This document shows positions 49,971 to 60,183 of a stretch of 64,000 bases of DNA, piece after piece. A program made the position numbers and the translations under genes. Origin of the DNA: an uncultured Gemmataceae bacterium. Its GTDB lineage: Bacteria > Planctomycetota > Planctomycetia > Gemmatales > Gemmataceae. Numbering within the stretch: position 1 is the stretch's first letter; the number at the start of each line of letters is the position of its first letter. Below the pieces are notes generated by a model. That model worked only from the letters and a program-made list of their open reading frames with translations, made no database searches and had not been told where the DNA came from. The stretch spans positions 233,420 to 297,419 of the forward strand of contig CAVVPN010000010.1 in assembly GCA_963750165.1 (NCBI GenBank). The letters are read 5' to 3'.

Positions 49971-52235
49971 TCACGGAACCGCATCCAGTTCTTTCCTTGG
50001 CACAACAGGCTCATTCTCCCCCGTTCGGATCGAATGGCCTGTCTTCAGCCCAGCCACGAACCACACCAGGGCGACGGCTCCCAGGGCGAAGATGGTGTCG
50101 CCAGGTACACGCAGCCAGCGAAGAGTCTGCATGACCTCGGTGTGCATAAACTCTGGACTGCGAGCGTACCAGTAGCCTTTTTCGACCGAAGCCCAGGTCT
50201 GCATCAACCCGACCGGCAAGAGGCTGATGACGCACATCGCCATCAGGCCGATGTTCATGGACCAAAATGCGAACTTGAGAGTTCCTTCTTTCCACACGAG
50301 GCCCGGCAGAAGCGCCCGCAGGCACATGAGCATCAGGCCGATTCCCAGCATCCCGTAGACGCCGAAGAGGGCGGCATGGGCGTGTACTGGAGTCGTGTTC
50401 AAGCCTTGCATGTAGTAGAGGGCAATCGGCGGGTTAATCATGAAGCCGAACAACCCGGCCCCGACCATGTTCCAGAAGGCCACGGCCACGAAGAAGTAGA
50501 TCGGCCACTTGTACTTCTGGACCCAGGGGGTCGCTTTCGACATGCGCAGGTCTTCCAGGGCGGGATAGGCGACCAGAATCAGCGGCACGACCTCCAGGGC
50601 GCTGAACACCGATCCCCAGGCCAGCGCCACCGTGGGAGTCCCCGCAAAATACAGATGGTGCAGCGTGCCGATGATGCCGCCCGCCAGGAAGATCGTGGCC
50701 GACAGCAAGGAAGCCTGGGCAGCCAAACGAGGCGTGACCAGGTTGAGCCGGTAGAAGAAGAAAGCGATTACCGTGGTCGCAAAGACCTCGAAGAACCCTT
50801 CCACCCACAGGTGAATCACCCACCAGCGCCAGTATTCCACAATCGACAGATGGGTGTGCTGGCCCCAGGTGAGGCCGGCACCGTAGAACAGGCCAATGGC
50901 GGTCGAGGCCATCAAGAAAATCAGGAGCAAGTGCCGCTGTTCGCCGGACTTCTTCAAGGCCGGAACGACCACTCGCACGACCAGCGCCAACCAGAGCAGC
51001 AGGCCGACGAAGAGGCCGATCTGCCAGACCCGGCCCAGGTCGATGTACTCGTAGCCCTGGTGTCCGAAGTAGAAGGAGGCGCTCGGCGAGAGTTGGTTCT
51101 GGATGCTCAACCACTGACCGGCCATCGACCCGACCACGACCACCAGCAGGGCCACGAACAGGATGTTGACGCCGAGCCGCTGGCCGGCTGGTTCCGACCC
51201 GCTGACCAGCGGCCCAATGAACAGCCCAGCGGCGAGCCACGCCGTCGCAATCCAAAGCACGCCGAGTTGAAGGTGCCACGTCCGAGTCACGCTGTAGGGA
51301 AGCCATTTCGAGAGAGGAATGCCATAAAAGCCGTCGCCCTCGACCCCGTAATGAGCGGTGACGACGCCGAGCAGGATTTGCACGAGGATCATTGCCGCCA
51401 CGACCCAAAAATACTTGACCGTGGCTAGCTGTGACGGCGTGGCCTTCCAGCCAACGATGGGATCGGCTTCGGGAACCGGCCCCGTGGGGCGTTCCTGCGT
51501 TTGCGAGGCGTACCACCAAACCATCGCTCCGATCCCGGCGAGCAGCATGATGACGCTCACGCCGGTCCAGACCACGGCCTCGCCGGTCGGGCGATTGCTG
51601 ACCAGCGGCTCATGCGGCCAGTTGCTCGTGTAGGAAAGGTCGGCCCCAGGGCGGTTGGTGGACGCCGCCCAGGAGGTCCAGAAGAAGAAAGCGGCCAACT
51701 GGCGCAGCTTGTCCGGGTCGCTCTGCGCTCCTTTGGGGATGGCATAGTTCGTGTTGCCGTTGCCGAACACGTCGGCGTAGTGCCGCAGGTTCGACTCGAA
51801 CGCCCTGGCTCGCACCGGGTCCACGGTGATCGTATGCTTGGCGGGATCGAACGTGTTCGTGCGCATCAGGCGTTCAAGACGCTTCTGAAGTTGGGCTTGC
51901 TGTTCTGGCTCGATCTGGTCGTATTCCTTCCGGTAGGTCGCCGTGGCCCAATCGTTGAGGATGAACACGCATTCCCGGTGCAGCCAGTCCGCCGACCAGT
52001 CCGGTGCGACGTAGCTGCCGTGGCCCCAAATCGACCCAACCTCCATGCCGCCCATCGCCTGCCAGACGTTCTGCCCTTTCCCGATGTCGCCGCCTGGGAT
52101 GACCACCTGGCCGTCCGTGGCGACGACTTGATCCGGGATCGGCGGCTGTTCCTGGTAGATGCGGGTGCCGACCCAGCCAAGAACGGAGAAGGAAGCCAGG
52201 ACCACGATGCCAAAGGCCAGCCAGAGTTTCTTCAT
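49971..52235 (-). CDS. norB: Quinol-dependent nitric oxide reductase (qNOR)
   Basis: WGHGSYVAPDW, WWVIHLWVEGFFEVF, GTLHHLYF, HAHAALFGVY. Confidence 0.95.
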   Translation of the reverse strand: MKKLWLAFGIVVLASFSVLGWVGTRIYQEQPPIPDQVVATDGQVVIPGGDIGKGQNVWQAMGGMEVGSIWGHGSYVAPDWSADWLHRECVFILNDWATATYRKEYDQIEPEQQAQLQKRLERLMRTNTFDPAKHTITVDPVRARAFESNLRHYADVFGNGNTNYAIPKGAQSDPDKLRQLAAFFFWTSWAASTNRPGADLSYTSNWPHEPLVSNRPTGEAVVWTGVSVIMLLAGIGAMVWWYASQTQERPTGPVPEADPIVGWKATPSQLATVKYFWVVAAMILVQILLGVVTAHYGVEGDGFYGIPLSKWLPYSVTRTWHLQLGVLWIATAWLAAGLFIGPLVSGSEPAGQRLGVNILFVALLVVVVGSMAGQWLSIQNQLSPSASFYFGHQGYEYIDLGRVWQIGLFVGLLLWLALVVRVVVPALKKSGEQRHLLLIFLMASTAIGLFYGAGLTWGQHTHLSIVEYWRWWVIHLWVEGFFEVFATTVIAFFFYRLNLVTPRLAAQASLLSATIFLAGGIIGTLHHLYFAGTPTVALAWGSVFSALEVVPLILVAYPALEDLRMSKATPWVQKYKWPIYFFVAVAFWNMVGAGLFGFMINPPIALYYMQGLNTTPVHAHAALFGVYGMLGIGLMLMCLRALLPGLVWKEGTLKFAFWSMNIGLMAMCVISLLPVGLMQTWASVEKGYWYARSPEFMHTEVMQTLRWLRVPGDTIFALGAVALVWFVAGLKTGHSIRTGENEPVVPRKELDAVP

Positions 52236-52324
52236 GGACGCACTTCCTTCGAGTACCCGAACTCGACTTTATCGGTGCTATTTGAATGAGTACCGAACCG
52301 ACCCGCACGAGCTACGCCCTTTGC

Positions 52325-52921
52325 TCAGGCCACGGAAACCAGCGCCGGGCTTTCCTGGTAGTGGCGGTTGATGAGGTCGTTTTGCAGCCAGAGCAACTTG
52401 CCAAAAGCCCGCAGCGTTCGGATTTCCTGCCCCCGCTCCAAGTTCAGGCTCAAAATCGTGTTGGTCAGGGCGTCGGCAACAAAGCCGAGCAGCGCATTCA
52501 TTTGCACCAGGGGCACGGCGAGTTCTTTGGCCCCTGCCTTCGACGTGTGCATCTTCCCGACCGTATCGAGGTAGGCGACCATCTTCTCGTCGTAGGGTTT
52601 GCTGACGAGTGCAGTCAGGTAGCGGGCAAGGTGTTCCTTCCGGTAGCGAATCATCTCGTGGTCTTGGGTCACTTCATCGAGAGATTTCGGCACGACCCCT
52701 TCGTAGCCGGTCTGCCGAGGGAGGAAATGTCTCCAGGTGGCGTCGTAGCGGTAAAGTTGATCGTAGACGGCATTCACCAGCGCTGGTACGACCGGGGCGA
52801 GGGCGGACGCAGCGGCATGAATCGCAGCGATGTCCTCCGCACCAAATCCGATGAACTCGGACGTGTACCGGAAGCGATAGGTGAGGTCCGACTCAAGGCG
52901 TTTTTCGTTGACGTGAATCAT
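52325..52921 (-). CDS. Single-domain protoglobin-type globin
   Basis: EFIGFGAED...VNAVYDQL...YLDTVGKMH...KLLWLQND. Confidence 0.8.
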   Translation of the reverse strand: MIHVNEKRLESDLTYRFRYTSEFIGFGAEDIAAIHAAASALAPVVPALVNAVYDQLYRYDATWRHFLPRQTGYEGVVPKSLDEVTQDHEMIRYRKEHLARYLTALVSKPYDEKMVAYLDTVGKMHTSKAGAKELAVPLVQMNALLGFVADALTNTILSLNLERGQEIRTLRAFGKLLWLQNDLINRHYQESPALVSVA

Positions 52922-52968
52922 CGGTGTTCCTCCAGGACATTCGGGTTGACGGCGGGCAGCCAAAGCCG

Positions 52969-53037
52969 GATAATTGGATAACGATGTCCAATTATCGACT
53001 AGAATACCGTGGCCGAACTGGATGTCAAGGTCCAGTT
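52969..53037. promoter_or_regulatory. Two palindromic operators (AAYTGGA-N8-TCCARTT) between the globin and Rrf2 genes
   Basis: GATAATTGGA-8-TCCAATTATC (52969-52996) and AACTGGA-8-TCCAGTT (53016-53037). Confidence 0.75.
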
Positions 53038-53058
53038 TTGCCGGTCGAGGAAAAAATC

Positions 53059-53505
53059 ATGTTCTCGCAGACGGTCGAATACGCATTGCGGGCCGTCGTT
53101 CACCTGGCGGATCAAGCGCCGTCTCCTCGGACCACCGAGCAAATTGCGACGGCGACTCAGGTGCCCAAACCCTATATGTCGAAGGTGCTACAAGGCTTGT
53201 GCCATGCCAAGATCGTGCAGTCGAAGCGTGGTTTGGGCGGCGGCATGGTCCTGACGAAATCCCCGTCCGATTTGACGATTCTGGAGGTCGTCAATGCGGT
53301 GGAACCGATTGGCCGAATTCGAGAATGCCCGCTCGGATTGACGGCCCACGGCGTCCGTCTGTGCCCATTGCATAAACGGTTGGACAGTGCTTTGGCGATG
53401 GTGGAAGAAGCATTTCGGCAAACGACCTTGGCCGAGATTCTGGCCGAACCGACCGAAAGTTATCCGCTGTGCGATTTTCCGGGCAGAATCAGCCTGAAGT
53501 CGTGA
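53059..53505 (+). CDS. Rrf2 family regulator
   Basis: MFSQTVEYALRA, SKRGLGGG, CPLG...LCPLH. Confidence 0.92.
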   Translation: MFSQTVEYALRAVVHLADQAPSPRTTEQIATATQVPKPYMSKVLQGLCHAKIVQSKRGLGGGMVLTKSPSDLTILEVVNAVEPIGRIRECPLGLTAHGVRLCPLHKRLDSALAMVEEAFRQTTLAEILAEPTESYPLCDFPGRISLKS

Positions 53506-53554
53506 CAGACGGCTGGGACAACCTGGCAGCGGCTACAAGTTGTGATGAATCGTT

Positions 53555-54910
53555 GTGAAATCCGTCGAACGAATCCTTGTTTTGATGGCAGTGGTCATCG
53601 CCGTGTCCCTCGGCCTTGCCGGTGAGAAACGTCCGCTCCGGGATGGCTCAGACCGCATGGCCTACCTGAACAACGGCATCATCAAGGTCGGGGTGGACCT
53701 CGACAGGGGCGGGAGCATTGGCTTCCTCGCCGATGTCAGGAAGGGCGGCAACGTCGTCAACGTCCACGACCTGGGCCGGTGGATCGGCCAGTCGTACTAC
53801 GCCGGCCCCAAGCCCTTCGGCACGGCGCACCCGGCCTGGAAGGACTGGCCCTGGAACCCGGTCAGCGCCGGCGACGTGTACGGCAACGCCTCGAAGCTGG
53901 TCGAGAAGACGAACGACGGCAAGACGCTCTACGTCAAGTCGGTCCCGATGCAGTGGGCCTTGAAGAAGGTGCCGGGTGACTGCACCTTCGAGACGTGGAT
54001 CACGCTGGAGGGCCGCAGCGTCCGGGTCTGCAACCGCCTGACGAACCAGCGGAAGGACCAGAAGCAGTACCCGGCGCTGGACCAGGAGTTGCCGGCTGTT
54101 TACACCATCGGCAAGCTGCACCGTCTGATGACCTACACCGGCGACAATCCGTTCGCCGACAAGCCCCTCACGGAGATTCCCAGGCGACCGGCGAAGGACG
54201 GCAGGCCGCAGTGGGCGACGTTCTTCGCCACCGAGCATTGGGCCGCTCTCGTGGACGATGATGATTGGGGGCTGGGCGTCCTCCATCCCGATGTCGTTCG
54301 GTTCCTGGGCGGCTTCCACGGCAAGCCGGACACGGGTGGCCCCAACGACGATCCGACCGGCTACCTCGCCCCCGTGCGCCAGGAAATTCTCGACTACAAC
54401 ATCGTGTACGAATACCGCTACACGCTCGTCCTGGACTCCCTGGCGAACATTCGCCGGGAAGCCTCCAGGCAGCGTCCAAAAGTTGCGGTCCCGGACTACC
54501 GCTTTACGAAGGACCGCCAGCACTGGTGGCTCGTGAACGCCCAGGACACGGGCTTCCCGCTGAAGGATTGCTGGCGGCTGAAGGTCGAGCAGGACGATCC
54601 GCAGTTGTTCGGGCCTGAAAGGTGCTGGCAGGCGAAAGACGCCCCCACAATCTTCGTTCGGGCAGCTTACCGGACGACGAACAAGACCGCCGAGTTGTTT
54701 TGGGAAACCGCCGACAAGCCGGGGTTTCGTGGGGAACAGAGCGTGAAGTTCGCCATCGTACCGGATGGGAAGTTCCGTACCTACGAAGTGGACCTGTCCT
54801 CGTCGGCGACGTATCGAGGTACGATCAGGCGGCTACGGTTCGATCCCGTCGAAACGGGACGGCTCGGCGAGACGGTGGACGTGGAGTTCATCTCTGCCGA
54901 GAAGGAATAG
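53555..54910 (+). CDS. Secreted hypothetical protein (possible carbohydrate-active)
   Basis: Signal peptide; HDLGRWIGQSYY, WPWNPV, QELPAVY; C-terminal RLRFDP. Confidence 0.7.
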   Translation: MKSVERILVLMAVVIAVSLGLAGEKRPLRDGSDRMAYLNNGIIKVGVDLDRGGSIGFLADVRKGGNVVNVHDLGRWIGQSYYAGPKPFGTAHPAWKDWPWNPVSAGDVYGNASKLVEKTNDGKTLYVKSVPMQWALKKVPGDCTFETWITLEGRSVRVCNRLTNQRKDQKQYPALDQELPAVYTIGKLHRLMTYTGDNPFADKPLTEIPRRPAKDGRPQWATFFATEHWAALVDDDDWGLGVLHPDVVRFLGGFHGKPDTGGPNDDPTGYLAPVRQEILDYNIVYEYRYTLVLDSLANIRREASRQRPKVAVPDYRFTKDRQHWWLVNAQDTGFPLKDCWRLKVEQDDPQLFGPERCWQAKDAPTIFVRAAYRTTNKTAELFWETADKPGFRGEQSVKFAIVPDGKFRTYEVDLSSSATYRGTIRRLRFDPVETGRLGETVDVEFISAEKE

Positions 54911-54926
54911 GTTGAAGGAATGCACG

Positions 54927-55112
54927 ATGATGGACCAGAAGACCGTCGAGAAGCTGGAAGAGAAGATCGAGGAATCTGTTGCCGAAGTCATCGTGAAGAT
55001 GGGCCTGAAGAAGCTGCCGCTGCTCCCCTCACGATATACGATCCAGATGATGGCGAAGGCTGCCGTCGCCGTCTACGAAGCAGCGGTCGAGAATCAGCGA
55101 CGAGAGGAATGA
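54927..55112 (+). CDS. Small helical protein (intact paralogue of 41674-41864)
   Basis: MDQKTVEKLEEKIEESVAEVIVKMGLKKLPLLPS...AAVENQRREE. Confidence 0.75.
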   Translation: MMDQKTVEKLEEKIEESVAEVIVKMGLKKLPLLPSRYTIQMMAKAAVAVYEAAVENQRREE

Positions 55113-56042
55113 ACATGCAGAAATCGGTTATCACGCTGGCCCTGGTCGGCCTGATGGCGCACTCGACATTCGCCCAAGACACGCCGAAGCAAGCCGATCC
55201 GCTCGGCCCCGGCGACCACACTCGCACGCTGATGATGGGTGAGCAAAAGCGCACTTACCTTGTCCACATCCCGAAGGGCTACGACCCGAAGAAGCCTGCG
55301 CCCGTACTCCTGGCGCTGCACGGGGCGGCGATGAATGGCTCGATGATGGTCTGGTTTTCGGGCCTCAACAAGACATCCGACAAGGAGGGTTTCATCGTCG
55401 TCTATCCCAGCGGCACCGGCACCGGCCCGTTCCTCACCTGGAATGCAGGCGGCTTCAAGGGCAAAAAGGCCGACGACGTGGCCTTCATCGGCAAGCTGCT
55501 CGACGACCTGGGCACCGTGGTCAAGGTGGACGAGAAGCGGGTCTACGCCTGTGGCATGAGCAACGGCGGGATGATGTGCTACCGCCTCGCCGCCGAACTG
55601 TCCGACCGGATCGCCGCCATCGCTCCCGTGGCCGGGACCATCGCCATCGAGGAGAGCAAGCCGAAGCGGCCCGGTGCCGGTCATCCATTTCCACGGAACG
55701 AAGGATACCCTCGTCCCGTTCGAGATGGTGAAGGGGAAGACGCCTGCTTTCATGAAGCTGAAGGGAGTTGAAGAGTCGGTGCAGACCTGGGTGAAGCTGA
55801 ACGGCTGCGACGAGAAGCCCAAGACGGAAACGATCTCGAAGGACGGCGATGAAATGAAAGTGACCCGGAAGACCTACTGCGGCGGCAAGGACGGGGCCGA
55901 GGTCGTGCTGGTCGTCATCGAGGAAGGCGGTCACACCTGGCCCGGCCAGCAGCCGCCCGTGGGTTTCATCGGCAAGTCGGCCAAGAACATCTCGGCCAAC
56001 GACCTGATGTGGGAGTTCTTCCAGAAGCACAAGTTGAAGTGA
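55109..56042 (+). CDS. PHB depolymerase/LpqC-type esterase, frameshifted near 55670
   Basis: LALHG, GMSNGG, FHGTKD, GGHTWPG split across two frames. Confidence 0.85.
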
Positions 56043-56187
56043 CCCGTTCCCGGTGCTGCCACCCACTCTCGTACCCTTCGGGTGACGAACCCGCCGATGG
56101 CCTCGTGGATGGACGTGTATCTCGACCACGACGCCGACGACGTGGCTCAATGACCACGCCGCCGACGCCGTACTTCAGCGTAACGGC

Positions 56188-56634
56188 TCAACACGGCTTT
56201 GGAACCAGAGGTTGCCCGCCTTCGAGCAGGCTCTTGAGGTTGGACAGCACCGCAGGCCAGCCCCCGCTGATACCCGTGAAGAATTTGACATCCTTCTCGT
56301 CGAGTTCGTCGTGAGTGAGCGTCAGCTTCACCACTGGTCCGTGTTGTTCAAGCTGGAATGCGACACGGGTGAAATGCTCCGCACCCCCGGCCACTCGAAA
56401 CGTGTAGGAAAGCAGGCGGGGCGGGTCGCATTGCAGCACTTTACCGTGCCAGTCCTTGTCAGCGACTCCATTGTGGATTTTGAAGGGTGAGCCAACTTTC
56501 CAATCAGACTCGATGCGACTGCCGAACCAATACTTCTCGGTGAAGTCGGCCTTCGTCAGCGCCTCCCACAGCTTTTCCGGGGTTGTGGCGATGTAGGTGA
56601 CGTACACGAATTTCGGCTTACTCGTCGTTTCCAT
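56188..56634 (-). CDS. SRPBCC/AHSA1 domain protein
   Basis: YVTYIATTPEKLWEALT...GWPAVLSNLKSLLE. Confidence 0.9.
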   Translation of the reverse strand: METTSKPKFVYVTYIATTPEKLWEALTKADFTEKYWFGSRIESDWKVGSPFKIHNGVADKDWHGKVLQCDPPRLLSYTFRVAGGAEHFTRVAFQLEQHGPVVKLTLTHDELDEKDVKFFTGISGGWPAVLSNLKSLLEGGQPLVPKPC

Positions 56635-56944
56635 CGTTCTTTTCCTCCAGGATTTTCTTGAGTTGGTGAATCGCTTCCAGACGGTGGCGCTCGAACTTGT
56701 TGATCCAGCGTTCGTAAATTTCGTGGATCGGGACCGGGTTGAGGTAGTGCAGTTTCTCACGACCTTTTCGTACTGTGACAACCAGATTAGCTTCTTCCAG
56801 CAGGACAAGATGCTTTGTGACCGCCTGCCTTGTCATGTTCAGGTGTTCGCACAACGCCCCCAAAGTCTGCCCGTTGTCGGCGTGAAGCCGGTCGAGTAGA
56901 TTTCGTCGGGTCGGGTCGGCCAGCGCCTTGAACACGTCGTCCAT
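56618..56944 (-). CDS. ArsR family regulator
   Basis: MDDVFKALADPTRRNLLD...TKHL...GREKLHYLN. Confidence 0.92.
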   Translation of the reverse strand: MDDVFKALADPTRRNLLDRLHADNGQTLGALCEHLNMTRQAVTKHLVLLEEANLVVTVRKGREKLHYLNPVPIHEIYERWINKFERHRLEAIHQLKKILEEKNDGNDE

Positions 56945-56967
56945 GTCGGTCGTCCTCTCCCAATAAT

Positions 56968-56992
56968 ATGCAACCATTTGGTTGCATGTCAA
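56968..56992 (-). promoter_or_regulatory. ArsR operator overlapping a -35 TTGACA
   Basis: ATGCAACCA-TT-TGGTTGCAT palindrome at 56968-56987. Confidence 0.8.
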
Positions 56993-57184
56993 GGGCGGTC
57001 GCTGGGTTTTCGACTTTTCTTCATGGCCCTCTGCGGTGCAGCGGCTAGCCTCGCTACCCACCACATGCTGTTCGCAACGAGGCTGGAAGCCTACATCATC
57101 AGCAACTACGCTTAACGGGCTGAGGGTGAACCAGCAGTTGCCAAGCTGGACGGTGAACTCAATGAAAAAAAAGAGGCCAGCGCC

Positions 57185-57213
57185 TTGACAATGAACAGAC
57201 AGGTCTGTATACT
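57185..57213 (+). promoter_or_regulatory. Sigma70 promoter with a TetR operator
   Basis: TTGACA-17-TATACT; ACAGAC-AG-GTCTGT at 57195-57208; second copy at 57827-57844. Confidence 0.85.
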
Positions 57214-57219
57214 TTGAGC

Positions 57220-57801
57220 ATGGGACGCACACGAGAGACTTCTGAAGCCCGCCAGCGCATCCTGGAAACCGCCGACCGGCTGTTCTACCAGGACGGCCTC
57301 CGGGCAGTCGGCATCGACCGAATCATCGCCGAGGCCGAAGTCGCCAAGATGAGCCTCTACAAGCACTTTCCGTCCAAGGACGACCTGATCCTAGCTGTTC
57401 TGAAATACCGAGAGCAAGGCGTGTTGGAGTTCTTCCGCTCGGCGATGGAGCAGCACGGCAAGAAGGCGAAGAACTCGTTGCGTGCCTTCTTCGCCGCCCT
57501 CAAGGAGTGGTTCGAGACGCCGGGCTTCCGGGGCTGCGCTTTTCAGAACGCCGCCGTCGAACTGGCCGATCCCGCCCACCCCGGCACGGAGTTCGTGCGG
57601 GGACACAAGGAGCGGTTCAGCGAGTTCCTGCGGGGTCTGGTCGAGGAAGCCATCGGAAAGTCGGCGGCGAAGGTGGCCCCCGCCGTGGCCCTGCTCGTGG
57701 AGGGGGCCGTCGTGACCGCCGTGATCCAGGGTTCGCCGGATGCCGCCGACGTGGCCCGTGACGCCGCTTTGAAGCTGGTGGCCGAGGAGAAAAGTGTGTA
57801 A
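57220..57801 (+). CDS. TetR/AcrR family regulator
   Basis: RILETADRLFYQDG...SLYKHFPSKDDLI; RGCAFQNAA. Confidence 0.93.
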   Translation: MGRTRETSEARQRILETADRLFYQDGLRAVGIDRIIAEAEVAKMSLYKHFPSKDDLILAVLKYREQGVLEFFRSAMEQHGKKAKNSLRAFFAALKEWFETPGFRGCAFQNAAVELADPAHPGTEFVRGHKERFSEFLRGLVEEAIGKSAAKVAPAVALLVEGAVVTAVIQGSPDAADVARDAALKLVAEEKSV

Positions 57802-57826
57802 CTCTTCTCTCTTTTTGGCATCGTAA

Positions 57827-57844
57827 ATACAGACCTGTCTGTAT
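57827..57844. promoter_or_regulatory. Second TetR operator
   Basis: ATACAGAC-CT-GTCTGTAT. Confidence 0.8.
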
Positions 57845-57884
57845 GTTTCTTGCCCCTGTCATCGCCCGTATGAGGAGTCTGAAC

Positions 57885-58427
57885 ATGGAACGAATCACTC
57901 CCGTCAACCTGCAAAACGTCCAGGGTCGAGCCAAGGAACTGCTCGACGCCGTGAAGGCCAAGTTTGGTATCGTTCCGAACTTGACCCGTGCGATGGCCGT
58001 TTCGCCGTCCGTCCTCGACGCCTACCTGGGATTCAGCGGCGCACTCAGCCACGGTGTTCTGTCGGCAAGGGTGCGAGAGCAACTGGCCCTGGACGTAGGC
58101 GAGGCGAACCACTGCGACTACTGCGTGTCGGCGCACTCGGCCATCGGCAAGCGGCTTGGGCTGACCGATCAGGATGTCCTCGACAGCCGGCGAGGAACGT
58201 CCGCCGATCCGAAGACCGACGTGCTGCTCCGCTTTGCCCGGACGGTGGTAGCGAAGAAGGGAGTGGTCGAAGATGCCGACATCGCCGCCGTGCGGGATGC
58301 CGGCTACGGGGACGCCGAGATCGCCGAGGTCGTGGCCCACGTCGCCCTGAACATTTTCACGAACTACTTCAACCATGTCGCCGGCACGGCCATCGACTTC
58401 CCCAAAGCACCGGCTCTTTCCGCCTGA
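57885..58427 (+). CDS. AhpD/carboxymuconolactone decarboxylase family peroxidase
   Basis: VPNL, NHCDYCVSAH, NIFTNYFN. Confidence 0.9.
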   Translation: MERITPVNLQNVQGRAKELLDAVKAKFGIVPNLTRAMAVSPSVLDAYLGFSGALSHGVLSARVREQLALDVGEANHCDYCVSAHSAIGKRLGLTDQDVLDSRRGTSADPKTDVLLRFARTVVAKKGVVEDADIAAVRDAGYGDAEIAEVVAHVALNIFTNYFNHVAGTAIDFPKAPALSA

Positions 58428-58487
58428 GTGACGGCATTCGGCACGGCCTGCCTGTCGTGGCGGGCCGTGCCATTCGGAGGGTTTTCC

Positions 58488-59175
58488 ATGCACCATTATC
58501 CGAGCGACATCGCCTTCAGCCCCGCCGTGAAGAACGTCCAGACGGCGAAAGGCTCACGAGCCAGTTACGCCAAGGTGGAACGCCGGGGCTGGCGAACCTG
58601 TGTGACGCCGGACCTGGCCGAGTTCCTGGCGGGGCTGGATATGTTCTACCTGGGCACTTCCAGCGCCGAGGGGCAGCCGTACATCCAGCATCGGGGCGGA
58701 TCGCCCGGCTTCCTGAAGGTGCTGGACGACAAGACGCTCGCCTTCGCCGACTTCGGCGGCAATCGCCAGTACATCACGTTGGGAAACCTGTCCGAGAACC
58801 CGAAAGCGTTCATCTTCCTGATGGACTACGCCAACCAGCAGCGGGTCAAGCTGTGGGGCACCGCCAGGGTGGTCGAGGATGACGCCGAGTTACTGGAGCG
58901 GCTGCGTGACCCCGACTATCCGGGCAAGGTCGAGCGGGCCATCGTCTTCTCCATCCCGTGGCCGCTGGCATTCGGAAAAACCAGGCAAACCTGATTGCGA
59001 AGGTTTACTTTCGGAAAAGTCCGCATGGGTCAGTAACTGCCCCCAGCACATCCAGAAGCGGTTTTCGCAGCGAGAAGTCCAGCCGGTGATCGAGCAACTA
59101 CAGCGCCGCATCAGCGAGTTGGAGGCGCAGTTGGCGCACCGGCAGGCCCAGGAGTCCATCCCGTCGCCCGCTTGA
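58488..59175 (+). pseudogene. Pyridoxamine 5'-phosphate oxidase family protein interrupted by a 64-bp insertion (58956-59019)
   Basis: PYIQHRGG, DFGGNRQY; IVFSI-[insert]-SAWVSNCPQHI. Confidence 0.8.
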
Positions 59176-59265
59176 GACGGTCAACGCCCAGGCAGATACC
59201 TTCTGGTAGGGTGGTCGCCCAGGGGCGGCTGCCGACGACGGACCTTCCCTCACAAGGAGTTGAAC

Positions 59266-60144
59266 ATGACGATTCCAAAAGTAGCGTACCGCACCGTGAA
59301 CATCGACAGCCTGGACATCTTCTACCGGGAGGCCGGCCCAAAGGACGGCCCGACGATCTTGCTCCTGCACGGCTTCCCGACTTCCTCGCATATGTTCCGC
59401 AACCTCATCCCGGCCCTGGCCGACGAGTTCCACTTGGTCGCCCCGGACTACCCCGGCTTCGGCTATAGTGCGGCCCCGCCCGTGGGCCAGTTCGACTACA
59501 CCTTCGACAAGCTGGCCGACGTGGTGGAAAAGTTCACCGAGAAGGTCGGGTTGAAGAAGTACACGCTCTACGTCCAGGACTACGGCGCTCCAGTCGGCTA
59601 CCGGCTGGCGGTCAGGCACCCGGAGCGTGTGACCGCCCTAGTGGTGCAGAACGGCAACGCCTACGAGGAGGGGCTGGACAACGATTTCTGGAAGCCGCTC
59701 AAGGCGTACTGGCAGGATCGCTCCGAGAAGAACGCCGAACCGCTTCGAGGTTTTCTCAAGCTGGAAGCGACCAAATGGCAGTACACGCACGGGGTCCGCA
59801 ACGTGGAGGCAATCAGTCCCGACACCTGGACCATCGACCAGGCGCTTCTTGATCGGCCCGGCAATCAGGAGGTCCAGTTGGCGCTGTTCTACAGCTACGG
59901 CAGCAATCCGGCGCAGTACCCCCGCTGGCACGACTACTTCCGCCAGCACCAGCCGCCGACCCTCATCGTGTGGGGCAAGAACGACACGATCTTCCCGCCC
60001 GCTGGGGCCGAGCCGTACAAGAGGGACTTGAAGACCGTCGAGTACCACCTGCTCGACACCGGCCACTTCGCCCTGGAGGAAGACGGCGACCAGATCGCCG
60101 ACCTCATGCGGCAGTTCTTGCGGAAGCACGCCGCCACGAAGTAG
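59266..60144 (+). CDS. Alpha/beta hydrolase
   Basis: [24 protein letters not shown]. Confidence 0.92.
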   Translation: MTIPKVAYRTVNIDSLDIFYREAGPKDGPTILLLHGFPTSSHMFRNLIPALADEFHLVAPDYPGFGYSAAPPVGQFDYTFDKLADVVEKFTEKVGLKKYTLYVQDYGAPVGYRLAVRHPERVTALVVQNGNAYEEGLDNDFWKPLKAYWQDRSEKNAEPLRGFLKLEATKWQYTHGVRNVEAISPDTWTIDQALLDRPGNQEVQLALFYSYGSNPAQYPRWHDYFRQHQPPTLIVWGKNDTIFPPAGAEPYKRDLKTVEYHLLDTGHFALEEDGDQIADLMRQFLRKHAATK

Positions 60145-60183
60145 CGTCTTCTTCTCTCCGAGGATTCGTGGAGGAACCTGTCC

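Noticed and set aside
49971..52235. Possible nitric oxide dismutase (Nod)
   Set aside because: Canonical qNOR ligands HLWVEGFFE and GTLHH are retained
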